Positions 38,061 to 50,990 of a stretch of 64,000 nt of DNA are shown here, piece after piece (the stretch's first letter is position 1; each line of letters opens with the position of its first letter). Below the pieces are notes generated by a model, which did no database searches, was not told the DNA's origin, and was given only the letters and a program-made list of their open reading frames with translations. The stretch is taken from the NCBI GenBank assembly GCA_977020255.1, contig CDROCS010001825.1, positions 310,001-374,000 on the forward strand. Direction: 5' to 3'. The stretch comes from Obrimoposthia wandeli (taxonomy: Eukaryota). The translations under genes and the position numbers were made by a program.

Positions 38061-39829
38061 GTGAGACATTGCAGTAGCAACCTTTAGGAATCGAGAAAAA
38101 AAATTAAAATATTTATTTATAGAAACAAATTAAAATGTAGTGTAAGTACAAATTTTCATTTACTACAATGTATATTTTATAAATTAACACTCTTTTATTA
38201 AGAATATTATTTTGGAATTAATTTACTGTAATTCAATTAATAAATATTTCAAGCTTTCTTGCAATCAAATTTATTTTATATGAATCAATATTATAATTCA
38301 TTTATTTCCTAACCTATTTTCAAAACGTCCAAAAGTCCAAAATTGTCCAAATCAGAAAAACAAAATTTCCAAAATTATGGGGTCTAAAATGGAATTTATT
38401 TAAAAAATAATCATACATATATAACTTTTGAAAGAAAGGTCTACAAATAATGAAAAGTATGCACCATAGTAAACGTAAAAAATTATCAGAAAATAAGAAA
38501 TATGGCTTAAAAATATGGCCCCTTTACCAAAAAGTTTCCTTTTTCTAACATATAAACCATAAAAACTCCCTAAACAAGAAGGAAAAAATGGGTAAACAAA
38601 AACCCCATTAAGGTTTAAGAAAAAAGAGAAAACCAACCTCCCCGGGTTATATGAATAAATTCACTAAATGTAACTTATGAGAAATAAAAGATCCTTAAGT
38701 ATGAGTCCTTGAACATCTTCCACACTCACCAAATCTGGCATTTTTCATCTTTTCAAACATTTATTGTCATTTTGGGGTGGGAAAAATTTATAACATAAAA
38801 AGTTTAAATTCGAAGGTATGCAACTTCTTAGAGCTTAGAAATAAAAAAATCAAGTAAGTTTAAATTCTCTTACAAAATGCTAAAAAAGTATAGAATCAGA
38901 AGGGGCTTTTTTGATTAATTTTTGTTTTTATATGTGTTTAATATATATCTTGTTTTTAAAAAAAAAACTTAATTATGCAACAAAATGGCATATGGAACCT
39001 TTTTCTAGTCTAAAGCGGTTGAATAAAGCTGCGGAATCAAACAATCTACATCTCGATGGTTGAATTGCATAAATAATGATGGTTTTTATTTAAACAATAA
39101 AGTTCCATTTTACCTTAATTATGTTTTTAAAACTAACAAAAATCATTGATTTATTAAATTTTAGTGATATATGAAATACATTATTTTTATTATTTAATAG
39201 CATTGTTATAAATTTCTCTCAACGTATCCGTTGCTATTTCATTCATTAACGAACAGATTTTAACTAAGTAAATATGCTAAATTATCGATTGTTGCAAAAA
39301 AGACTAATCGTTCGACTAAGTACCATTCACTTGTCTCGACTTTGTTGAAGCGTCGTTATCTTGTGTCCACTTCAAATTCGAGTGATTAGAAATCGAATTC
39401 ATATCTCAAATCAACAGGGATTTCAGTCTCTTAATTGAAATTGCAGTTTCATCCCATTGGATTTTTTATCCACGATTTTAAATTAAAGTTGTACCAGACA
39501 TTTTTCAATTGACAATTGTCGACCCTTTCACTCAATTAATGGTATTTATTCCGTTAATATTATTTGCCATTTCTATAAAATATTGAAACGTTAAACTTTA
39601 ATTATATATAAATATATTACTGATAAATAAACGTAGTAAAGTAGTAAACAATAAATATATATATTTTTTATTTACCGAGATATTTCTTGCGGTTCCAACT
39701 CTAATCCAAATAAGTTTCAATTAACACAACATAATTTGGACAAAGTTGAATGTTAGTACTGAATGTATTTCTCAGTAATTCAGCGCAGTTCAATTGCTGT
39801 CGCTCATTTTAGGTTATGCAATGCATACA

Positions 39830-40050
39830 TCTAGATGTTCCTGTTCCTTCCAATTTGAAATGCTTCTCATGATTCACAATACAATTCATGTCAGGAGGTC
39901 AATCGAGTGTAACAATTTGATATTCATTGCACCAATTTCTTGTGTTGTGAACAGTATGTATGGAGGCGTTGTCTTGATGATAGTATCTGATAGGAAGAAC
40001 TTCGTTGAAGATAGGTACTAAATTTGCATCCATCGCACGTTTTTTAATTA
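39830..40050 (-). mobile_element. Tc1-type transposase relic
   Basis: NLVPIFNEVLPIRYYHQDNASIHTVHNTRNW...TLD*PPDMNCI. Confidence 0.65.
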
Positions 40051-40416
40051 AATAGACAATTTTTATAAATTATTTCTAATGCAAATTTGAAAAAAAAGTC
40101 AATCAAAAATGATAAGAAAGAGTATTAATTATGCATCTTGGTTAAGTTCTGAATCCTAAATAAGTTCATAGTACAAACAGTTATTCACACAAAAAACTAC
40201 ACGTCAAATTAAATTACATTTTTAAACTATCAGATCAATGGAGAACTGTTCCGATTTTAGTCTTAACTCATTTTTAGTTTTTCAACTCTAAAATAAAACC
40301 GAAAGTTAATAAGTGTGGTGTATTAAAGATTGTGCAACGTAGTATTTATTCTGCAACTCTAGCACTTCATCTTCATCATTGTGAATTGGTACTGCATAAT
40401 CGATATAATCCAACAG

Positions 40417-40560
40417 ACGGTGGAGAAGAGTGATCCAACAGTCACCACCGAGACCTTCGTCGATGAGCAAGGCAGAACAGTAATGCGTACTGTCAAAAAG
40501 ACCAAAGTGAAGACCACTACAAATGTACAGCGAAACGTCATCGAACGAACTGAGGATGAG
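40417..40560 (+). CDS. Exon: start of 4.1 C-terminal domain-like region
   Basis: TVEKSDPTVTTETFVDEQGRTVMRTVKKTKVKTTTNVQRNVIERTEDE, Thr-rich like the start of 4.1 CTDs; caacag acceptor, gtaatt donor. Confidence 0.82.
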
Positions 40561-40680
40561 GTAATTTGAGTTACTGATACAAACCTAAGAAAAGTTTGGC
40601 TAATAAACCTTTCAATTAATTTCAATTAGCTTTGAAAAATAAATCTTTGAATAACATGAAGAGTTTATTTTGTTTTTCAG

Positions 40681-40737
40681 ACAAATCGCTCCAGCATTAT
40701 GAGAATTAAAGGAAACTCCTTCTACGATGATGATGAG
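40681..40737 (+). CDS. Short exon within 4.1 CTD
   Basis: TNRSSIMRIKGNSFYDDDE (cf. ETRIEKRI.I.GD.DIDHDQ); tttttcag acceptor, gtactt donor. Confidence 0.78.
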
Positions 40738-42155
40738 GTACTTTTCTATTACAGTTTCTCGCTAATCCGGAGATTTATGTGCTTACAACTTGATTATTAA
40801 GGGTAAAATTATAAATTTCCTTACTCATAGTCAAATATTCACAAATTTATAATCAATGAGTCTTTATTTGGGTTTGAAATAAAAAGTGTGTTTACAAGTT
40901 GATTTCTAGATTGGTTTTCTAATAATCAAGTAATCTCCCATATGTGTTTTAATATATAATCTCCTTTATTTGTCAGTGTATAGTGTAAGAAAACAGGCTG
41001 GTTAACTTTCTTTCGAGTCAGAACATTCATTTCAAAAGTATTTTTATTCTGATAGATTCATTTATTGAGCAAATCACTCTTGGAATAGCTTTTTTATTAT
41101 TGCAATCCAAATAATCTTAATTAATCAAATAATCTTACTCTTCAGCTTCATTTGGGATGTTGAAAAAAATATTCGTGTGAGATGATTTAAACTCAGAAGC
41201 AGGAAATGTAAAATAACAAGACATATATTTCTGAAAATGAAGAATGAACGAGACTGTCACTCGGTACTCGATACTCAGTCAAATAAGCTGAGTAGTCGAA
41301 ACTTGGGAAACGCTACTAAATATCACGTACTCAACCTTGGATTTTCTAATCCTAATTAGTGAAGATGCTTAGCATAAATTTACCAAGAAATTCGATATTA
41401 TCTCATCTTTAATCGGGACAGCTGGACAATCTAGACAGATTTTGACATTCCAATTCTCGTAATACATAAATCTCTAATTTGTGCATTATAATTTGGACAA
41501 CTTTCTTTCATTACTTATTGTTAAAGGATAAAATTCACTTTTTGCCAAATAATGTTTCAACGGTGCATTTAAATAGAATACAATAATGAGTATTACTGAT
41601 ATAAATGGTGATAACAAATGAATTTATGAGTACAGGAAGGCACGGCCTGTAAACAATAAGATAGCATTTTGAGATGTCTAAAAGTTTTTAAAATATCAGT
41701 TAAATAGATTTTTTTAAATGTTCCAGAAATTCTTTCTATTTCAAGATTTTTATAATTTTGATTTTAAATATTAAAGGAATATATCGGTAAAGAAATATTT
41801 TATGTAAATCTAAAACAAGAAGATAATTTTAACAAGTTTTAAGAAATGTTAAATGTAATGTGAATTTTCTAATGACATATTGCAATTAAATTGCAATAAA
41901 TAAACGTAGTAAAGTAGTAAACAATAAATACTATAGAAATTTAAAACTTTATTAAAATAATCATAAAATAAAACTTGATATTTTGTTTGCTTCATTCTAA
42001 AATTACTTGTTATTTTATTCAATTTCTGCCTTTTATTATATTTTTTTTGCATTAATATATTTTTAGTCGCCAAATTTCCAAAGTAGTACTCGATTTTTGA
42101 TTTTCTTATCTGTTTTCCCCTTAAGTATGCATCTTTAACCCAATTCCCGACACAG

Positions 42156-42248
42156 GCTCTTCTATTGGCCATACTAGAGGTGACACAGTTCAATCCCAGC
42201 GTCACTGTCATGGAAGGCGTCAATGATTTATCAATGACATCGGCCTGA
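42156..42248 (+). CDS. Terminal exon: 4.1 CTD end
   Basis: ALLLAILEVTQFNPSVTVMEGVNDLSMTSA* matches coracle/4.1 ALAEAIQEAT.MNPDMTV as recalled; an in-frame upstream acceptor would start the exon at 42126. Confidence 0.8.
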   Translation, partial: ALLLAILEVTQFNPSVTVMEGVNDLSMTSA

Positions 42249-43549
42249 ATAACGCTTATCTGTGTCTTTGAATTGTGTTGATAGAATATAATATAACTAA
42301 TTTTCTGAATACAAACTATTTACGACTGTGAGTAGTTGCGATCTGACTAAAAGTTAAAGATTTTGTAAACAACAATTAGTATCCTACATCGCCCCACCTC
42401 TACTGCCATTACTTCTGCTACTTTTTCTACAACTACTGCACGATTACCTGCGATATCATGACTTGTCTTCGAATACTGCATCTGAGCCGTGTAGACCGGG
42501 AATTTCATCAACTGTTAATTTTATCATTTAATATCCGTATTTTTCTATTTTCTTGAATATTCTATATGATTTTCTTTTACTGTGCGTTTTTAGTGATTTG
42601 AGTAACTTGTGAAGCTTCTTACAATTTGTCTTTTAACATTTATTAGCTTGTGCCATTCCCCGATTGTCTGACTAGTGAATTTGTATCATTCTTGAGCATC
42701 TTGAACGATATATTCGACTTTTTTTGCTCATATCTTATATACTGTTTATTTAGAATTTGCTTTCTAACAAATAAAAGTGATTTTGCGGCCTTAACTCGCT
42801 ATTGTGGTACTATTTCAGTTTAATTCCAATTGACACAAATTAGCCTGGACAATTTTAATTTTTGTCGTGATAATTATTTTCCAACTCCATTAAAATAAAC
42901 AAAGATTTAGTTAGAAAAAGAAACTGCAATTAAATATTTTGTCGTTTATCGAATCATATTATAAATTTCCAAATCCCACTTTCAATAGCACAGCGAAGAC
43001 ACATAATAAATTGTGAAATGAATTGTATTTCATAATTCGAAGATTTACCCACGAAATAAATTGACCTTCAGATTGCGAATTCCTAGGATATGTCTAATCA
43101 CGCAAGTTCTATGTTAAGAGCTCACGAACTAGAAACAAAGTAACTCTAGTCCAACCAAAAATCAAACAATTTTTATCTCGTGTACAGCCATTCTCAATAA
43201 CAATTTTCCGTACAATTAATGATTACTTACCAAGAAATTGTTTGACCTATAATATCAGATTTTGCGTACTAAATAACCATTGATCATATCGATACAGCCC
43301 TTCTTTCTCTAATGGATGGTCTACAATTGAAGTTGGAATCAGGCGGGGATCATATCAAATAAAATGCCAAACCCCATTTAATTCACATTCATTGGTCAGT
43401 TAGTTTAGTTGAATGAGCCGTTTTAAAAAAGGAAGACAAAAATAGACAAATTCAATATTTTATTACTTTCACAAAGATGCATTTATAAACAGAACGCAGT
43501 TTCATTTGTTTTATATTACAGCAAACATTCAAAACAAATATTTTCTTTT

Positions 43550-44050
43550 TAGAATGTTATATCAGTTACTTCAGGTAATCACTACTCACACTGTTGAAAC
43601 CTTTCTTGTGTTGAAATTCGAATTTGTATTCCTGCAGAAGTAAGTTTGATAGCACCTTGAAAGCTTGTTTCTTTTAATTTATACAGGTTTTAACAAAGTT
43701 AAAGGTTTGTGGTCAGTCTGATTCCAAAAACTGCATACAATTCCTTCTCAATTGTAGACTAATTTAACTGAGCGTCTGCTCTTTTTTTATGTTTTGTGAC
43801 AACATGGCTCCCATTGCTCTATCTGAATTATCATTGGATGTATAACTTATTGGAATGTCTTTTGCTCGAAAGCTTTGATGTTACAGCCATATATTTTGGA
43901 AAATAATTAGAAATAATTAAGTTTACAAGATTATGATTAATGATTTTTTAAATTGCTTGTGCCAAAAATGTTCTTGTCATCCCTATATCAGATTTATTAA
44001 AGTAAGCGGTACGACACATTGTTTTTTTTATTGAGAAATGTGAGTATCCA
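43550..44050 (-). mobile_element. Gypsy RNase H relic
   Basis: DNSDRAMGAMLSQ, AQLN*STIEKELYAV, TDHKP, LLLQEYKFEFQHKKG. Confidence 0.75.
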
Positions 44051-44185
44051 ACCAATGGCTTGTTACAGAATGGAACCGACCAAGAAAAATAAACAAAAAC
44101 CTTCTTTGAACATTCTATTTGAACATTCATTATTTGGAGACGATCAGATACCGTTCTAGCTCTGACCATTTGAGAGATAAATTAA

Positions 44186-44420
44186 AAAACTCTTGGTTCG
44201 CACCATACCGTCAGTTATTCTTACCAATAATGGTTCATCAGGTAATTTTTATTAAATCATGCGACTTCAATGAAGAAAGCCACACATTGTACCCATTTAA
44301 GGTTCGTGAATAACTTAAGGACGTCATTGCCAGCTATCCTGAGAGAAACTTCGACGAGAACCGGCTACCAGATGATTCTATTAGTCTGTATCTAAACTTT
44401 CAGCCGTTATATGCCTAATC
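44186..44420 (-). pseudogene. Degenerate 28S rRNA fragment, same segment as 32680-32930
   Basis: ccagctatcctgagagaaacttcgacgagaaccggctaccagatgattctattagtct is the reverse complement of the same 28S motif; also shares aaatgggtac..tgtggctttct segment; internal deletion of about 45 nt. Confidence 0.8.
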
Positions 44421-47400
44421 TGTAAGTATAACTTAAGTACATGAACCTGATCGTTTGAGGTAAACACAACTAAATTGTCCATGACTATAATCGTCGTTTT
44501 ATAATAAAAGGTTGTAAGAAAGGTGTCATGTAATGAATTCGAATATAGAACGACCTATTTTGATTTCAAATCTCATTGACTCATTTTCAAAATAAAAAGC
44601 AAGTGACAGAAAAATCCTTTATGTTAATTTTTTAATCTCGCAAATATTGCCAGGAAAGTTTTTATCATTAGCTTAGCAGGTACAATCAAAAATGAAATAA
44701 AAATATATGTGAGCTAGATATAATCAATTCACAATTAAAATTGAAAGAAACATTTATCAAAATTATTAACTAAATAAAAATTCATTAATAATTTTAACTT
44801 TTTGTAACTAAATTTATAATATAAAAAATATTGAAAAATTTAATTTCAGTGATATCTAATTTTTTAAAATTATAATTATAAGTAGTTAATTAATTAAATG
44901 TGATATTTCCAAAATTATCAACCTTACAGTTTGATCATTTTTAATTAATTATTAAGCTTACAAATATATTTAGAATGAATGTTGACATTAACTTCGATTT
45001 ATTAACTCACAAGGAAACGTACTTTAGGTGTCATAAAAATTAGGAGTTCGCAATTTGTATAAAATTTATGAAATGAATTCTACATATAAAAGTAATTTCA
45101 TTATCAGTTTTCAGTATATAAAAAGTTATCGAAAGAAATATTTATATGATAAATTTATAAATGTGTTTAAATATATTAAATTATAGAAACACTAACGTGA
45201 TTATATAAATAAATACCAATTGAAAATTAATTTAATGAATATTAAATTGTTATTGGTTTATAATAAAACCTTGCCAAATTCCTATTGGATTTTAAAATTC
45301 GCAACAGTATTTCAACTAGTGCGCTTACATTTTTGGATTTAAATTATTTCAATTAAACCAAATCATAAAAGTTATTTTATAAAAATTTAATACATATAAC
45401 TTTTTTATTATAAATAAATAGCAGCTAAAACTACATTTTTAATATCCCAATATATTATGTTTATCATATACTAAAATTTCACTGTGTTCTTTTTATGACC
45501 GTGCGAAACGTTTCCTTGTAATTGGTAATTTGTGAACTTCTTTATTTTATCATATTATTACATAACTTATATTTTGAAAATGTGGGTTCAAAAGAATCCA
45601 ATTAGTTTCTAGGCGTGCAGATAGGAATTTTAAAGTAGAGTTTCTAAATTTCAGAAAAGAGTGCCGTTTAATCTGAATAAACAAAAAGACTGATGTATAC
45701 AGTTAACTATAATTGTAAAACATTTTTATTTCTATACAAACTTATCCAATCATTTAATATTAAATCGGTAAAATGTTGATCAAAAAAGTATACAGTGAAA
45801 TATTTTCTGGTTTGTATTTATAATTTCTAGCTCAATACACCTTCTATTCACCTTCACAAAACTATTGATGATATGATAAACATCTATGTCCATTTAACGG
45901 TGGATACTAAACAAAGTCAATCCATTATATGTAAGGAAATGTTTAGGAGTTTTAGGTAACTAAATTAACATTCTGTTGAGCAATAAGTAACAGATATAAG
46001 TAGAAAGTTGCAGTTGACTTAATACTGATGAAACCAACTTGAGTCCTTTGTACCGATATTGTGATTCTGCAAATTGAAAAAATAATTCAGTAATCAGAAT
46101 GTCAAAGAAAGAGTTAGCACCTTGGGCACCTTGGAAACCCTTCTATCTGTGCGCTGGTTGCTATAACATTTTCAGGTTATAAAATGTTTAATTATTTTAC
46201 AAGTTGATATTTAATAATTACATCGTATTCATTATAACACCAGACTCTTTAAATTAATAAAATTAACTAAATATTTACAATTTTTTTTATTTAGAATATG
46301 AATTATTTTCAGACAAAAAATAAGTATTCAATGAGTTTTGAGTCTAATTTAGAGGTGACAATAACATTCATTAACATGGAAGGGTTTATTTTAATCAAAA
46401 ATTATTATTGTACGTATTCTTCTTATTTGGAAGCTGCTACTTTCAACAATATTTTATCTTGAGAATTTATATTCCGTTTCTTATCGAATGATGATTAATG
46501 AGATCTTTTCTCTCGTTGCTATTCTAGTTTTTGACAAATACATTTTTACAGAATAGTTATGAATAATAATATATATGTATATAATGTTCAAACAATCTAT
46601 GTGTATATTGTGCGAATAAAATGATAGTGTGGTAGACAAAGTCAAACACAACGTTAACTAAGCAGTGGTTTGTTTCTCGTTGACGTGGAGTTGTATATAC
46701 GACTTGGATCTGTATCATGATGACCCCATTGAGGGATTGCTAGACTGTATATAATGATGCCAGTCGTCTATGTAATTGTTAATACGATGAATAACTTTTA
46801 ATAATTAATGAACACGCTACTTTTTGAATTCCCATTTTAAGTGGCGGTAAATTTAAAAATCCAAACCAGTTCAAAAATCTAAGCCAATTATGATTATAAA
46901 CTATTGCTAATTGATTCTATTAAATTACTCAAATTAAAGCAAATAAAAGCGTGTATGTAAGTTATTAATTATCGCTGATATCGGGGAAAATGTCGATTTG
47001 CACCGATATTTACGTTTAAGTCAATTCTGTACCATTTGAGTGTTACTGAATATGTATTCGAAAATCTTGTTTTGAAACTAAACTAATCATATACAGTCAT
47101 ATATTTAAAAATGGAAATTATTATGCCAGTGTGTTACTTTCAAATTAATAGTAGTAGCATTAGTAGTACTAGTGTGCTTGGTAGAAAGTTTGTAGAATCA
47201 ATTAGGTGTTTGTGTTTATGTGTTTCTGATTTCTCTAAAATTAAATCACGAAATGATTTAGGGTGATTCATTGAATCACACACACATACTAAATCTGTCT
47301 TGGCCGAAGAAAATCAGCTGTGTCGTGGTGTGTCAAGATCGTCTACTGTGACTGTGTGTGCAATATGTACAAAATCAGATTTGATATTTTCTCTCTCAAC

Positions 47401-48381
47401 TTTAGAGTATGGATTTGGCCTCTAAAAAATCTCTGTTATATATGCTGTCACTGTAATTTCACTAAAGTACTGACTTTCTCCTTTTCGTGTATGCTTTAAC
47501 ACAAACGAAGTAGCAATAGAAGAAGAAAGAAGAAGGAAAAGGAAAATAACCCACAGTATACTTATTTAAGATATAGGCTTGGTTGTTTGTAGAATTGATG
47601 TGTACAATTATACTGTGTTGTGTACTATGTATGAAACTAACCGTATAGTTGCGTTGTGTTTTTGGGCAACAATTTATGTTTGAATAATACTTTGGTGCTG
47701 CAGTTTTCTCTAACTTTATATCAGCCATCAAATCGTTGTACTTGTCTCTATCATTTTCTCTCTATCTCTTTCGCAACACTGTGTCGCTCGTTTACGCTTT
47801 TCCCGTATTACGCTATATTAGTTATCGAAGCTGTTGTCAGCCAGCCACATGCCGTCCGAGATGAAATTGGAAAGATGTGGCTGCAGGATCAGATTGAATT
47901 TTCTGTTCTGGACGATTTCGATATGGCACTTGTGACTGGCCAACCATAGATGGGCATATTATTATTATTATCATCATTATCGTGGAATATCACCTCATTA
48001 AGCATGCCTGATTGCTGCTATTTTAGCTTCTGTTGCTAGCTGCATTAATAGTTGTGAGAAATATATATTTAATGACTCCATTATTACGACTGTCTTCATT
48101 ATTACTACGATTGTATTCGGTCGTCTGACGCGAATTTCTCTTCGAGATAGAAACAGAGAGAGAGATTGAGTGACACTTGACTGATTTGTCACTTCAGCTC
48201 AATCTGCTTCAATTCGAACTACATTAGAAGAAAAGAAAACTACTCCATTGCCCTTTCTCTTTCTCCTTTTGGGTACATATATCACCGCGAGGATTATTTT
48301 CCATTTCAGCTGTCACTAAACGTTCCTCAGAAGTTCAAAGAATTTCCTACAGGTTCCTCAACTTGGATTTCCGGTTCCTAA

Positions 48382-48457
48382 ATGCTACGGGTGATTCTGT
48401 CAATTATTGTGTTGACGTGTTTCATCAACTATGCTAATTCGAAGAAATTCTACATTG
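48382..48457 (+). CDS. First coding exon of probable ionotropic glutamate receptor (signal peptide)
   Basis: MLRVILSIIVLTCFINYANSKKFYIG then strong G|gtaaga phase-1 donor; joins in frame to 59424 to give the typical I-G-A-x-F start of iGluR N-terminal domains. Confidence 0.78.
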
Positions 48458-50679
48458 GTAAGAGCCAATTTTTCAAACCAGAAAATAATTATCCTTTGAA
48501 AAAGTCCATTCAACTCTCTTAGTATGTAAAATCTGTTATCATATTCGACAAATTAAACATTTTTTCAAAACATATATTTAAAATGAAGATTGTAAAAACT
48601 CTACAACAATAACCACATATTCCTTTAGTAAACGATATATGTATTGCAACTGATGAGTAATGACTAATAATAAAATTAAAATAATATTTAGAAAATACAT
48701 GTTCGAATAAAGTAAAACGTTTTTAACTGATTCAAAATGGTTTAATTTTAAAGTCACCTCAATATTTGCAAAAACTTCTAGAAATTGAAATACCAACTAT
48801 AATCAATTCCAAAAGAAGACTGGTAATTCAAAATTCAAAATCAGTATTTGTCAACGACGGGGACAGTCATTTAGTCATGATTTATCATAGTGCATGTATT
48901 TATTTTTTGCGTTTTTAGCATATTTCTTACTTGTTTTTTAAATATTCAATGACTTACGCATATCAGGTCTTTAAATCAAAGTCTAAATCTAAGAGAGCAG
49001 ACCATGTTTTTCGAATGTATGTATTGCTAGATTTACAATGATTTAACGCTGGTATAACAGTATAATAAGATCGAAGAATTCAGAAGACACGCCAAGACGT
49101 TTCTCCTCAGAAAAAACTTTAGTTAACTACTCAAAGTTACTGATTTATAAAGTTCCTTTGAAAAACAATTCCTACAGTTTTAAGAATTTAGATGCTATAA
49201 TAATTTAATCTTTAAAGCACAATAAACATTAATATGTGTGGGCGTTGCTTTAACAACAAAATTTTCCGTGATAGTGATAAATATTCTGCAATAAAAATAA
49301 AAATTAAAAATATTAAAGATTTTTACTTTTATTTTATTCCAAAATTGTACATTTTAATAGCTGGTTTCAATTTCTTTCCATTTGAAAATTTTAAAAAATG
49401 CTCGCTAATAATAGAAATACAATCGTAATTCTAAATTGACATTGATGTGGCAAGTTTTAAATGATCTTTATCGGACTAAATAATGCTATGAATGTTGGTG
49501 AGATTAGCTTCTAGCATTCCCGGGAAATTGTACATCACACCATAGACTGTTCTGCCAGTGTTTGCTTGTTTGAAAATTCGATTCTTAATCAATATTCGAA
49601 TATTAGCATTTTGTATTATTCTGTTTCTCATCATTATCGCAATAATCATAAAAGAAAAAAAATACATCAGCACAGTAAAGATAGGATAAAAAGATTTCTT
49701 ATCAATTATTTAGTAACATAAAGATCTAAAGATCACACATTATTGAAAGGTACATCAAAATACTGTCTGTCATTATCTCAATTTATTGAGACTCAAACTA
49801 GTTGTCACATGACTAGTCTTCACACTCTTCTTAGATAGGAAAGTATTCAACATTATTTTATTTTAAAACACTCTCGATAACACTTTGAATATCTTTTGAA
49901 AATTGCATCGAAATTGTGCAGATACTTTGAACAACTTCCGACCAGTTGCTTATGCAGATTCTTGTGCACACTTACACCACTACATACAGTCACAGCAGGC
50001 TAATGCAATCATTGCATCCAGTGCGGAGGGGGCTGTGTTATCACACTGATTACCCTCCCGGGAATGGCAGCTTCACATATACGTATATATCTCTCACATA
50101 GAGGGCATATTGCTCTGACAGACTCACTCAACTGGAACTGCAGTAGCGCCATTGCAATTACTAAAGATTGGTCAGACAGCCAACAGATCTAACTTTCCAC
50201 TCCGTAAACATGCCAAAAGGGAGCTAGCGTCTATTTTGTTCGATCTCTGTGTAATCCAATAGCATACTAGTTCTACTTCAAACCACTCTGAATGTGAAAA
50301 GGTGTTAACATCAATAATTCACAGAGACTTTCTTTTTGTCGTCTGTCACATTGGGAATCCTCCATATCAAGCCTATGTCAGGACAACACAAAAGCCAACG
50401 ACCTCAGAGACCATTATCAATGGCGCGTTTACTCCATCACATCATTATTCGGCGGACAAAAAACAATTTGTAACTCATTTAACCTGTGTAACTTTGAAAT
50501 TTAGGCTAAATATGATATTTAAAAAAACTATCTACAGAGCGATGTTCATTTAATTAGTACCGTCATGAATGAAATAAAGACAATTGAAGATGAACGACAA
50601 TAAAATCGAGGATATATTATTTAAATCTAAGTGTAAAATAAAATATTATTCATTTAAAAAGGAAATTAAAGAAAAAAAT

Positions 50680-50990
50680 GATTTACTGTTTGATATTCAG
50701 ACTTATCAATTAAATCGCTAGCAAACTAACTTTAAACAAAGCAATCAGATTTAAATTCAAATTAAAGAGAAGTGCTAAAACAAGTGAACATCTAATGAAG
50801 CTCCATTGATTGCCGACCAATGCCAGATTAGAATTCAAGATACTACATAATATTAAAAAATTCTCTCTCAAGAGCTCAAATATTTATCTGAACTTCTCGA
50901 GCCTGATGCTGTGAGCATGTATATATATATATTAAAAGTAATGATGACGACTGCAGTTTGGATTAGTAATTCTCAAATAACAAACAAACG
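50680..50990 (+). mobile_element. L2/CR1-group LINE 3' relic
   Basis: TSEHLMKLH*LPTNARLEFKIL. Confidence 0.7.

Larger units (their letters stand above)
1877..42248 (+). other. Protein 4.1/coracle-family gene with two internal DDX1-type SPRY domains (5' part incl. FERM N-lobe lies upstream of window); 14 visible coding exons
   Basis: Exons 1877-2059, 4904-4991, 11815-12065, 15275-15468, 24336-24526, 24712-25072, 29313-29551, 29638-29844, 32188-32394, 35825-35893, 37701-38060, 40417-40560, 40681-40737, 42156-42248 all have AG/GT boundaries and compatible phases; total 2644 nt = 1 + 881 codons ending TGA. Extra unseen exons cannot be excluded. Confidence 0.88.

Noticed and set aside
47656-47949. 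Standalone 97-aa gene
   Set aside because: TTG start; first 55 codons are a pyrimidine tract; only the 3' part looks coding (kept as a finding)
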